NCBI GenBank assembly: GCA_963663545.1 | Contig: OY760505.1 | Location: forward strand, 1,056,001-1,120,000 | Reading direction: 5' to 3' | DNA from: Candidatus Delongbacteria bacterium | GTDB lineage: Bacteria; CAIWAD01 | Length of the DNA: 64,000 bases | Shown here: one piece after another, positions 39,610 to 49,700 of the stretch | How the letters are laid out: each line of letters begins with the position of its first letter | Numbering within the stretch: the first letter of the stretch is position 1 | Notes under the pieces: model-generated | The model's database searches: none | What the model was told of the DNA's origin: nothing | The model's input: only the letters and a program-made list of their open reading frames with translations | Made by a program: the position numbers and the translations under genes

Positions 39610-40694
39610 CAGCGGGCCTCCTTCCAGTTCAAGTAGGCCTCATAAGCCTGCTGCTGCTCTTCCAATTCCGCCGGCTTGTCGGCGTACATGTACTGGAAAA
39701 TCTCGGGAAGCGGCATATCGTTGATCTCATCCACTTCCTTCATCGCGGCATCCACTTCGGCTTCGACCTCGCTTTGCCAAGCGCTTTCGCGTTCTTCATC
39801 CCAGAGTCCGCGCTCTGTCAACCAAAGTCGCATCCGCTTGAGCGGGCAGCGCGCGCTCCACTCTTCTTCCTCTTCCTTACTGCGGTAGATGCTTGGGTCG
39901 TCACTGGTAGTGTGCGCCCCCATGCGATAAGTAAAGGCCTCGATCAAGACAGGCCCTTTGCCACTGCGCGCGTGATCCACGGCCTCGCTTGTAGCACGGT
40001 ACACGGCCAGAAAATCGTTTCCATCGACCTGGATACCTGGTATTCCATAGGCGACGGCCTTTTGCGCCAGAGTCTCAGCCTTGGTCTGCTTGCTGCGGTT
40101 GAGTGAAATAGCGTACTGGTTATTGTTGCAGAAAAACACGACGGGACAATTGAACACACCGGCCCAATTCAGACCCTCGTGGAAGTCGCCCTGCGAGGTC
40201 CCGCCATCGCCGAAGTAGACTATGACGACTTCCTTCCCGCCTCGATAGCGAATGGCATGACCAATGCCGACAGCGTGAGGTATCTGCGAGGAAATGGGAA
40301 CGGAAGGCGGCAGCAAACGCGGCGCATTCTCGTGAATAGCCCCCCATTCGCTTCCCTTGAAGTACAAAAGGTAGTTGCGGATGGAACCGCCATGAGTAAG
40401 CACAGCACCCAGCTCGCGATAGGCTTGCACCAGCCAGTCATCGGCATTGAGCGCCATGGCACTGGCCACCGCAGCGGCCTCTTGTCCAAGATTGGTGGGC
40501 AGCGTGTGCACTCGCTTCTGACGCTGATATCCAAGCGCACGCTGGTCAACAATACGGGCACGCATCATCTGCTTGTAGCCGTCAACCAGCCGCTCGTCGG
40601 ACAACTCTGGTAACCACTTCTTTGCCAGCAGCTTCCCGTCCTGATCCAGCACGCTCAGTCGCTTGCCTTTCAAGGGATCAAACTGTTCAAACAT
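39609..40694 (-). CDS. pdhA: 2-oxoacid (pyruvate or branched-chain) dehydrogenase E1 alpha
   Basis: GQEA, TPP motif GDGGTSQGDFHEGLN...NNQY, YRMGAHTTSDDP. Confidence 0.85.
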   Translation of the reverse strand: MFEQFDPLKGKRLSVLDQDGKLLAKKWLPELSDERLVDGYKQMMRARIVDQRALGYQRQKRVHTLPTNLGQEAAAVASAMALNADDWLVQAYRELGAVLTHGGSIRNYLLYFKGSEWGAIHENAPRLLPPSVPISSQIPHAVGIGHAIRYRGGKEVVIVYFGDGGTSQGDFHEGLNWAGVFNCPVVFFCNNNQYAISLNRSKQTKAETLAQKAVAYGIPGIQVDGNDFLAVYRATSEAVDHARSGKGPVLIEAFTYRMGAHTTSDDPSIYRSKEEEEEWSARCPLKRMRLWLTERGLWDEERESAWQSEVEAEVDAAMKEVDEINDMPLPEIFQYMYADKPAELEEQQQAYEAYLNWKEAR

Positions 40695-40824
40695 GCAGTC
40701 GTTCTCCTGCTCATTATTTTGTTTCGTACAATGACCTGAATCTAATAATGTTCGCTGCTACTAAGAAACACCATTATAGGTTCCAATCCTTACCTTAGAC
40801 AAAGTAAACGGCGATGGGAGACCT

Positions 40825-41250
40825 ATGCATATCATTCACAAGATCTTCCACTTCAGTGCGGCTCACCGCTATTGGAACGAAAACTGGAGCGAAGAAGAAA
40901 ACTGGCAAGCCTTCGGCCACGATGTCCGTGTGCACGGCCACAATTACATCCTCACGGTCTCGCTCGCAGGCGAGATTGACGCTGGCACGGGCTTCTCGGC
41001 TGATCTCCATCAGGTGAAAAGGCTCGTTAAAGAGCGCGTGCTACAACGCCTGGATCACGCCTGGATTGACCGCGATCTGGACTGGTTCGCAACACGACGA
41101 CCCTCCACGGAGAATCTGGCGATCTGGATCTGGGAGCAGCTCGAGGAGTGTATCACCGGATGCCGGCTTCATCGCATTCGTCTGCAGGAAACGGAGAGCA
41201 TCATTACGGATTACTACGGTCCAACGGGTCTTTCATTCCTGTTAGACTGA
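40825..41250 (+). CDS. 6-pyruvoyl-tetrahydropterin synthase / QueD family protein
   Basis: FSAAH, HGHNY, LDH, PSTEN, ETE motifs; the usual catalytic Cys is absent. Confidence 0.85.
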   Translation: MHIIHKIFHFSAAHRYWNENWSEEENWQAFGHDVRVHGHNYILTVSLAGEIDAGTGFSADLHQVKRLVKERVLQRLDHAWIDRDLDWFATRRPSTENLAIWIWEQLEECITGCRLHRIRLQETESIITDYYGPTGLSFLLD

Positions 41251-41324
41251 TTCTTTGTATCACAGATAGCACAAATGGAAAGGCGACCCGCAGGTCGCCA
41301 ATCGTGTATTACGGTGTGACAAGC

Positions 41325-43286
41325 CTATTTCAACACAGTGAGCTTCTGGACCCCTCTACGGTTCCCACTCTCCACAACCGCCAAGAAGAGCCCGCTTGCT
41401 TGATCTGCGGCCGTCCATTGAAAGCGATGCTGTCCCGCTGAAAGTGGACCATTGTGTAACACGGCAACCCGCTGACCTGACAGATTATATACCAACACCG
41501 TCGTCCGCGCGCTCACATCCAGCTCCACAAGAAGCTGCGTCGTCGGATTGAACGGATTGGGACACGCCTGCAGACTGAAATGCAGTGGAACAAGAACACT
41601 CACCGCATCATCAATTGGTGTACTGAAGGTGAAAGGATCGGACCACTCACTTTCGCCAGCAAACCCAATGGCACGCACCCGCCAGTAGTATTCGCGATTG
41701 TATTCAAGCGAATCTTGAACCTGTAGGTGACACAAGGTGATGCCCTGAATGAAATGGAGCGGCGACGCGAAATCTACGTCATCGTCTACTTCCAATTCAT
41801 AGTGGTAGGCACAATCCACAGGCTCCCATGTCAAGCTGTAATTGTGAATATCACCCAGGGTAGTGTTGTCGACGGGTGACACAAGATCTGGTGCATCAAT
41901 CTCATCACTGCAGACAGTACGAAACTCGCAGGGAAGTGACCAATGAGAAATCCCATATACACCTTGTGCACGAACGCGCCAGTAGTAGGTAGTGTTGTGC
42001 TGCAAACCGTCGACAACGAAGCTTGTATCACTGACATCGTTGTATTGGCGAGGCGAATCGAAGGCGTAGCTGAGATCAAGCTCCACGTCATAGCGGGTCG
42101 CGCCCTCGACGGCGGTCCACAGAAAAGAGGCGGCAACCGGCACGTCCACATCCCCCTGCGAAGGATAGAACTGCTCAGGCGGCAAGTGATAGTTTGACGG
42201 CTCGATACCTAGTAACACGGCTTCATCGTTGTTGAAGTTCATCCCGGCAGGATTCAACTGTGTAATCAGATAGTAGCCATCACAATTGCCAGCCCAGCCC
42301 CAGTTGAAGTGGAAGTACTCCTCGTCGCTGTAGCCATCACAGACGAACGCATGGCCGATGCCATCCGACCTACGAGCACGATATAGCAGCGGTCGGCCTT
42401 CGTCCAGCTCTCCCCGCAATGTGTTACACCATTGACGATCGGTGTTGTGACTTGCACGTCTGGAATAGGCCACCGTACCGCGAAAGTTGAAATGCTGCAT
42501 CAAGGCGGCCTGCGCAGAAGGAGCGCTGCCATAAACGAGCGCGCCGGATTCGTCGCTGCTGAAATCCATTTCTACGGAAATAGCGCAGTGATACAAGAGA
42601 CGGGAGATTTCTTCGAAACTCTGCCGATGAATGGCTTGCCAATCGTAGAGAGTATTTTCAAAATCCGCGTGTTGCTCACCGTATCGGGCGTGGTAATAGG
42701 TGTGCTCGCCAATTCCATGCACAGGCTGCATCCAGTAGGACATGATCTCGCCCATGGCAACAGCAACACAACCCACCAGTACGTGCCCTCCCGGGCCATC
42801 CTCATCTACAGGAAAGGCTGCATTGTACTGCCCACCCTGGCTCCACCGGGCAGTAACCAGCGGATCCACTCCGGAGCGTGTCCCACTCATGCCCCCCTGC
42901 AACAGCAGCTCCCAAGCCGAGCGATTCGTCTCACTATCGATCTGAGCCGCCTGCAACTGCGCAATCTGCTCTACTTGGTGTTCGAGCCACAGCTGAAGCG
43001 CAGGCACATCACTGGCAGACCCGCCTTGTGGCCCCCAGCCCAGAACAGGCGGAGCTGCATCGTCAGCGGCGATAAAAGCAAAGGCCCCGTCAGCGAAATG
43101 GAACTCGTACAAGCAAGTGTGGCCCTCTGCCGTCCAAGGCGTGGCACGGTTCAGCTCTGCCTGGTACCCATGGCCGAGCAACCAGTATTCCGCAACCCGC
43201 TGCGCGTCGGCTTCCCCTCTCGGCGCGGCTACCAGTCCCGACGCTAGCAGGCATGTACCAGCAATCAGTAAGGTGGTGCGAAACAT
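41325..43286 (-). CDS. Peptidase C10 (streptopain/SpeB family) with prodomain, two FN3-like domains and a T9SS tail
   Basis: Start MFRTTLL after AGAGG; prodomain FIAADDAAPPVLGW; catalytic GCVAVAM, GHAFVCDGY, HFNWGW; PNPFNP...KLTVLK. Confidence 0.88.
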   Translation of the reverse strand: MFRTTLLIAGTCLLASGLVAAPRGEADAQRVAEYWLLGHGYQAELNRATPWTAEGHTCLYEFHFADGAFAFIAADDAAPPVLGWGPQGGSASDVPALQLWLEHQVEQIAQLQAAQIDSETNRSAWELLLQGGMSGTRSGVDPLVTARWSQGGQYNAAFPVDEDGPGGHVLVGCVAVAMGEIMSYWMQPVHGIGEHTYYHARYGEQHADFENTLYDWQAIHRQSFEEISRLLYHCAISVEMDFSSDESGALVYGSAPSAQAALMQHFNFRGTVAYSRRASHNTDRQWCNTLRGELDEGRPLLYRARRSDGIGHAFVCDGYSDEEYFHFNWGWAGNCDGYYLITQLNPAGMNFNNDEAVLLGIEPSNYHLPPEQFYPSQGDVDVPVAASFLWTAVEGATRYDVELDLSYAFDSPRQYNDVSDTSFVVDGLQHNTTYYWRVRAQGVYGISHWSLPCEFRTVCSDEIDAPDLVSPVDNTTLGDIHNYSLTWEPVDCAYHYELEVDDDVDFASPLHFIQGITLCHLQVQDSLEYNREYYWRVRAIGFAGESEWSDPFTFSTPIDDAVSVLVPLHFSLQACPNPFNPTTQLLVELDVSARTTVLVYNLSGQRVAVLHNGPLSAGQHRFQWTAADQASGLFLAVVESGNRRGVQKLTVLK

Positions 43287-43494
43287 TTGTACCTCTTGCG
43301 GAAAGACTTCCCAAGAATTCACGTAAGACGGATTATACAAAGCTGCAAGGGAAATACCTGCATGAAAAGCATGTCGAGAAAAAATACATTCGTTGCCACC
43401 CCATCTTCGTGTGAGGCACAGGTTAAAATTATAACTGGCGTATTATTTCCAGAAAGACTCGTATATTAGCCTCAACTAACCAAGTGAGGTCGAC

Positions 43495-44490
43495 ATGGAT
43501 CTAACAAGCAAGTACCTGGGCATGAGCTTGAAGAGCCCTCTGATTGCAGCAGCATCTCCGCTTAGTCGCGACGTTGATAGCATTCGCAGATTAGAAGATG
43601 CGGGTGTGGGTGCGATTGTGCTGCACTCGCTGTTCGAAGAGGAAATCCGGCACGCTGAAGTGGATCTTCAACAACAGCTGGACAAGGGGGCGGACTCGTT
43701 TAGCGAGGCGCAAAGTTACTTCCCCGATTTGGGCTACTACGATTCTGGACCGGACGGCTATCTCGCCCTCATTGATCGCATCAAGAAAAAAGTAGATACA
43801 CCTCTTATCGCAAGTTTGAACGGAGTGACGCCCGGGGGTTGGAGTCGCTATGCACGCAAGCTCTACGACGCAGGCGCGGACGCGCTTGAGCTCAACATCT
43901 ATCACTTGGTCACCGACCCTTCGCAGGATAGCGCAGCTGTAGAACAACTCTACCTTGACGCCTTGAATGCTGTGCGTCGCGAAGTGACCCTCCCGGTAGC
44001 CGTGAAGCTCTCGCCCTTCTTCAGCTCGCTGCCAAATATGGCTGCCAAGCTGGTACACTCCGGCGCCGACGGACTTGTATTGTTTAATCGCTTCTATCAG
44101 CCCGATCTCGATATCGAGGCACTGGAAGTCAAACCAGAGGTGCGCCTGAGCAATTCGGGATCGCTACGCCTGCCCTTGCGCTGGATTTCCATCCTTCGTC
44201 CTCAGCTTCCCAAGACAAGTCTTGCGCTGAGCACGGGCGTGCATACTCCTGAGGATTTGATCAAAGGCTTGATGGTTGGCGCCGATGTCTGCGCCAGTGC
44301 GGCGGCATTGCTCATGCATGGCCCCGAATACGCCAGCAAGCTGCTGAAAAGCCTTGAGCGGTGGCTGGTGGATCACGAATACGAGAGTCTCGATCAGCTG
44401 CGCGGATCAATGTCTCATTTCAAGGTAGAGAATCCGTCGGCCTTTGAGCGCGCCAACTACATGAAGGCTCTACGAGGATACAAGCTCTAA
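43495..44490 (+). CDS. Dihydroorotate dehydrogenase-like flavoprotein
   Basis: YLGMSLKSPLIA, SLFEE, IASLNG, ELN, VKLSPFF, LFNRFYQPD, AFERANY. Confidence 0.85.
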   Translation: MDLTSKYLGMSLKSPLIAAASPLSRDVDSIRRLEDAGVGAIVLHSLFEEEIRHAEVDLQQQLDKGADSFSEAQSYFPDLGYYDSGPDGYLALIDRIKKKVDTPLIASLNGVTPGGWSRYARKLYDAGADALELNIYHLVTDPSQDSAAVEQLYLDALNAVRREVTLPVAVKLSPFFSSLPNMAAKLVHSGADGLVLFNRFYQPDLDIEALEVKPEVRLSNSGSLRLPLRWISILRPQLPKTSLALSTGVHTPEDLIKGLMVGADVCASAAALLMHGPEYASKLLKSLERWLVDHEYESLDQLRGSMSHFKVENPSAFERANYMKALRGYKL

Positions 44491-44523
44491 GCCGATTGTA
44501 TCACGCGAACATAGAAAGCCGCC

Positions 44524-45318
44524 TCAGTGCGGCTTTTCTGCTTCCAGCACCATCGTCTCGAAACGATTGATGTCCGCAGCAGCAATCTCATCGCCGTGAC
44601 ACTCCAGATTACATAAATGCGCAACCTCGCTTTCTCCGGGCGGATAGCGTGTTACAAAAACAAAACCCGCCGCCTGCAGCAGCTCCTTGAGGGTCCACTC
44701 GTCATAAAGAAATCGGTGACCCCAGTTGTGATGAGCGTTGTTGAGAATGCGGCAAGCCAGTGCGGCCGCTGGCGATGACGGTATCGCTGGTAGAATACCG
44801 GTATCCTCCAGCACACTTCGTTCCTCGTCAGCGATGTGCCGGTGATACATCCATTTCACATAGTGTGCAGCGTCGGAGTCCTCGGCACACTCCAGGCATC
44901 GCACCAGTGCCATCAGATCTGGAGTAGCAATGCGAATGCGCCCACCGGGCTCAAGTACGCGATAGGATTCGCGCAGCATCGCCAGCCCTTCATCCATGCG
45001 AAGGTGCTCGATCTGATGCTCGCTATACACCGCGGCAAAACTCGCTTCGGGCAAAGGAAAAGTCCTGGTGGCATCCAGGAGCATCACATCAGCGGATAAG
45101 GGAGCAATATCCGTGTTCAGCCAACCGGGCAAGCCATTCGGTCCGGAACCCAGTTGCAACAAGCGCAAATCGGTCTTGGTCAGATAGCGAGAGCGAATTC
45201 GCGGACGCCGACAACGAGCACGAAGGTGACGGTACAAGTGCCAACTGCCGCGCAGCGAGTGGTACAAAATGCCTGCCAAACTGGATTTCCGTGCCATTGT
45301 TGCCAATTGAAGTCTCAT
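44524..45318 (-). CDS. SAM-dependent methyltransferase domain protein
   Basis: LQLGSG...GWLNTD, YSEHQIEHL, RVLEPGGRIRIATPD, GHRFLYD; start may be 45297. Confidence 0.8.
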   Translation of the reverse strand: MRLQLATMARKSSLAGILYHSLRGSWHLYRHLRARCRRPRIRSRYLTKTDLRLLQLGSGPNGLPGWLNTDIAPLSADVMLLDATRTFPLPEASFAAVYSEHQIEHLRMDEGLAMLRESYRVLEPGGRIRIATPDLMALVRCLECAEDSDAAHYVKWMYHRHIADEERSVLEDTGILPAIPSSPAAALACRILNNAHHNWGHRFLYDEWTLKELLQAAGFVFVTRYPPGESEVAHLCNLECHGDEIAAADINRFETMVLEAEKPH

Positions 45319-45503
45319 GGCCCCTCACCTCAGTGAATCTTCAGTGTTCGGTCTTCGACCTTGTGTGAAGAACATACTATTGCCTCAAGGCTTGCGCTCA
45401 AGGCCGAAAAGACAACACTTCCACATTCAGTCAGCAGGCAAAGAATGGGCGCCCTTTCGCGACAGCTAAAACAGGACTTTTTTAGTCCACATTTGTCTTT
45501 TTT

Positions 45504-45522
45504 AATAATGATTCCTATTATG
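45504..45522 (+). promoter_or_regulatory. Putative Fur/PerR box
   Basis: AATAATGATTCCTATTATG resembles the Fur consensus GATAATGATAATCATTATC and ends 5 nt before the Fur-family start. Confidence 0.6.
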
Positions 45523-45527
45523 ATTAT

Positions 45528-45914
45528 ATGGAACGCAGAAGCCAGCAGCGTGAGCTGATTTTTCAGCTAGTAAAGAGCTACTCCCTGGATCACCCCACAG
45601 CAGCGGAGATCTACGAAGCGGCGCGCCGCGAGCTTCCGCGGATCAGTCTGGGTACAGTCTATCGCAACCTCGGACTGCTAGTCGCCAAGGGAGAACTGCT
45701 CTCTTTTCGAGTGGGCGAAAGCGTGCACTACGACGCGACAACCAGCACTCACCAGCATTTTGTCTGCAACCAGTGCGGGTGCATTCTGGATTTGACAGGC
45801 GACCCGGTCGCAGGCCTCATTCATGCCGCCGAGCAGCAGGGGCTTCGCGTCGAAAAGGTGGATTTTCTAATGAGTGGCCTTTGCCACAACTGTGCAGGTC
45901 AACAATCACAATAA
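45528..45914 (+). CDS. Fur-family transcriptional repressor (probably PerR-like)
   Basis: HPTA.EIY, ISLGTVYRNL, HQHFVCNQCG, C-terminal CHNC; lies upstream of a peroxiredoxin. Confidence 0.9.
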   Translation: MERRSQQRELIFQLVKSYSLDHPTAAEIYEAARRELPRISLGTVYRNLGLLVAKGELLSFRVGESVHYDATTSTHQHFVCNQCGCILDLTGDPVAGLIHAAEQQGLRVEKVDFLMSGLCHNCAGQQSQ

Positions 45915-45930
45915 CGCAACAGGAGACATC

Positions 45931-46575
45931 ATGCTTGTCACCAAACCCGCCCCCGAGTTTACCGCCACCGCCGTCATGGCCGACAACAGCTTCAAGCAGA
46001 TCAGCCTGAAGGACTATCGCGGCAAGAAGGTTGTCATTTTCTTCTATCCGCTCGATTTCACTTTTGTCTGTCCTACTGAATTGCTGGCCTTCGATCATCG
46101 CTTGGCCGAGTTCGAAAAGCGCGGCGTCCAGGTGCTGGGTTGCAGCGTGGACAGCGAGTTCAGCCACCTTGCCTGGCGTAACACCCCCACCAATCAGGGC
46201 GGAATCGGCCAGGTCGGCTACCCGATCATCAGCGATCTGGACAAAAGCATCTCCCGCAATTACGAGGTACTGGTCGGCGCCGAACCCGCCACCGTCATCA
46301 CCGAAACCGCCGAGGCCGAAACTTCCATCGGTGGTCTGGTAGCCCTTCGCGGCACCTATCTAATCGACGAAGAAGGCATTGTGCGTCACGCCGTCATCAA
46401 CGATCTGCCGCTGGGTCGCAACGTGGACGAGATGCTGCGCATGGTGGACGCCCTCGCCCACTTCCAGAAGTACGGCGAAGTCTGCCCCGCTGGCTGGCAG
46501 GAAGGCGACAAAGGCATGGAAGGCAGCAGTGATGGGGTTGCCAAGTATCTCGCCGAGAACGCCGAGAATCTCTAG
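45931..46575 (+). CDS. ahpC: 2-Cys peroxiredoxin (AhpC/Prx1)
   Basis: RBS AGGAGA; FYPLDFTFVCPTE, GRNVDE, GEVCPAGW. Confidence 0.92.
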   Translation: MLVTKPAPEFTATAVMADNSFKQISLKDYRGKKVVIFFYPLDFTFVCPTELLAFDHRLAEFEKRGVQVLGCSVDSEFSHLAWRNTPTNQGGIGQVGYPIISDLDKSISRNYEVLVGAEPATVITETAEAETSIGGLVALRGTYLIDEEGIVRHAVINDLPLGRNVDEMLRMVDALAHFQKYGEVCPAGWQEGDKGMEGSSDGVAKYLAENAENL

Positions 46576-46605
46576 CAGATCGCTCCGTGGAATAGGTAGA
46601 CATTC

Positions 46606-46631
46606 GGGGTCGCGCAGGCGACCCTTTTTTT
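46606..46631 (+). terminator. Intrinsic terminator
   Basis: GGGTCGC-GCAG-GCGACCC followed by TTTTTTT. Confidence 0.8.
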
Positions 46632-46720
46632 ATCTCCACACTTCCAGTTGCATTCAAGAACGCTATTTATTTCTCTCGGCCTACGTGCCCCCACGCATCA
46701 GAAGCAACAGGAGAGAAGTC

Positions 46721-49700
46721 ATGGCTCATTTCAGGCGAGGCCTCGGCCTGGTCGCCGTGCTGCTTTTTATTAGCGGCATGCAGGCGGAAACCATAGTCAA
46801 CGCAAACATCAGCAGCAACCAGACCTGGTCTCCGGCCGGATCACCCTACATCGTCACCATCGATGCCTGGGTCTACAACTACGACAACCCGGTCTTGACG
46901 ATCGAAGCCGGCACAGAAGTTCGTTTTGAGCCAGGCGCCAGTCTGCGGATCGGCGGTACGTCCAATACCAGCCACCTGGGATCTCTGCAAGTGCAGGGAA
47001 CCCTCGAAAATCCAGTGCTCTTCCAGCCCAACGGCGCGGAGGCCTGGGAAGGCCTCATCTTTCAGCGCTATGCTACAGAGGGCGGTAGCAGCTTGGAGTA
47101 CGCCCAGATCAGCGGCGGCGGCAGCAACGGTCCGATGGTCCAGGTTGACAATGGCACGCCTGTCTTCTCGCACTGCAGCTTCTCAAGCGCGGTCCAATCC
47201 GGATTCAAGAGCGTCAATACTACCGACGCCTTCAGCATGACAGAGTGCGACTTCACAAACTGCGGCACTTATCCCATTGAGACCTACACGGAGTTGGCGC
47301 ACTGCATTGCTGCCAGCAACAGCTTCAGCGGGAACGGAAGCGACGCCGTCAAGCTGATGGGATCCACAGTCACCGCAAGCTGCCGTGTACCGGCCCTGCC
47401 CGTGCCCTACGAGGTCACAAACAGCGTCACCGTCTACGGCAACAGCATCGACACACCCGCCGTGTTACATCTGGAAGCGGGAAGCGAACTGCGATTTCAC
47501 TCTGCTGTTCAGCTAATCATTGGTTATTCCGCTAGCTCGAGCCACATAGGCGGTATTGACGCCCGGCAAGTGTGTTTTCGTGGTCTGGTTCAAGACCCCG
47601 GCTACTGGAACGGCATCTACCTGATGCGCTACACCGATCCGGATTCGGTTTGTATCACGGACTGCCTGATCAGCGATGCAGGCTCAACGGGCCGCAGCAT
47701 TCAGGTCTACAGCGATGGAAGCTTGGAACTAAGCGGCTGCACTGTCCAGAATGGACTAGGCTTCGGCCTGGAAGATCAGGGCAGCACTCATCTGCTGGTT
47801 CGCGATTGCTGCTTTCAGAGTGTAGAGACGCCCATCAACATCCACTGCGAACACTTCTCGCGCATCAAGAGCGGCAACACCTACCTGAACAATACGGACA
47901 ATCGCATTGAGATTCGCGGAGGCACGGTCTCCACCGATGCGGAGTGGACCGCGCAATCCGTGCCGCTGCACGTACTGGGCAACATCCTGATTAGTGCTTC
48001 GGGGGATTATCCCGACCTTAGCATTCCCTATGGCAGCGTGTTGGAGTTTTCTCAATACACGGGCATTCAGGTAGGCTCCACCGCCAACTCTGGCTATCGT
48101 GGAAGCTTGTCCGCAACGGGGACTACGTTTCGCGGTGATACAGCGACCGCCGGTTACTGGTCAGGGATCACATTCAATGTTCACTGTGAACCTGGCGAGT
48201 TGAACGGCTGCATCATCGAGAACGCGGGGTACTCCGGACGCAGTGTTTACACACGTGCTGCCACTCAGGTGATCACCGGTTGCACCATTCGTAACGGTGC
48301 CGGTGAGGGCATCTATGTATACAACGGAACTCGCCCCGAAATCTCCGCGACACGTATCACGGGCTGCGAGACTTATCCGCTCGAAATCGCAGCAAATGAC
48401 GCAGGTGCCATGCTTGAAGGAAACGACTTCACAGGTAATGGCAACGACGAGATTCTGGTGCGCAGCGGTACGATTTCCGAGAGTGCCACCTGGGTGAATC
48501 CCGGTGTTCCCTATCGCTTGGACGGCACAGTGAACGTCCAGGGAACATCTGCGCCGCAGTTGCGCATCAATCCTGGCTGTGAGATTCGCATTCCCGACAA
48601 CTTCATGATGATCATCGGCAGCACTTCGAACAGCAGCTACACGGGCTCCCTGTACGCCACCGCCGCCACCTTCACGCGTGATACAGGTGGTAGTTTCCAC
48701 AATGGCATCTTCTTTGCCAATCACGCCGATGATGCCAACTGCCTCCTACAGGATTGTGTTGTCGAGTACGGCGGTGCCTCATCTTCCTATGCCAATGTGC
48801 GCTGCTACTACTCCAGTCCCACTTTGCGCAACTGCGAACTACGCTACAGCAACGGCTTGGGATTGATGCTGAGCGTAGCCACGCCGGTGGTTGCCGATTG
48901 CGAGATGCATCACAATGGCGACGCGCCTGTTTCCGTGCGCGCAAATGAGTTATTCAGTCTGTCAACTGGCAACGTGTATCACGACAATGCCCGTGATACA
49001 ATTCTTGTTGTCGCTAACACAATCTCCACCGACCAGACATGGGTGGACCAGGGCATTCCGCTGCTTGTTGATGGCAGCTTTGTTGTTCAGGCTGCCGGCG
49101 ACTATGCAGACCTGACGATTGAAACCGGCACCGAATTGATCTTCCCGGAAAACGCCCAGCTCACGGTCGGTTCCGGTACAAACAGTGCCTACCGTGGAAG
49201 CCTGAACGCCAGTGGTGTAGTTTTCAGTGGGCGCGAACCGGTTCCCGGATCCTGGAAGGGTATCTACTTCGCCGCATATGCGGAGGGCGGAAATTGTCTG
49301 CTGGATCGCAGCACCATCCAGTACGGTGGTAGTGACGGTTACGGTGCCGTGCGCGTTTTTCGCAGTAGTCCGGTTATCACCAACTGTGTGATACGCCATT
49401 CATCATCTGCCGGAATCCAGGTGCAGTATAGCGATGCGGAGCCGTTGATCTACGGCTGCACCATTCTCTCTAATGAAACTGGTATTCGTGTTACAAACGG
49501 TGGGCAGCCAGTCATTGGCGGTAGCACGGGCAATGGGAATTCCATTGCTGGCAACACTAACTACGGCGTAGAAAACACCGGTACAAACGATGTGGATGCC
49601 ACCTGGAACTGGTGGGGTGAAACAGACGGGCCCTCGGGTGTCGCCTCTGGTAGCGGAGATGCCGTTAGTGCCTACGTACTCTACGATCCCTGGCGTGTGA

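Noticed and set aside
46379..46720. 114-codon N-terminal extension of the 1417-aa ORF overlapping ahpC
   Set aside because: Crosses ahpC and its terminator; the RBS and signal peptide are at 46721
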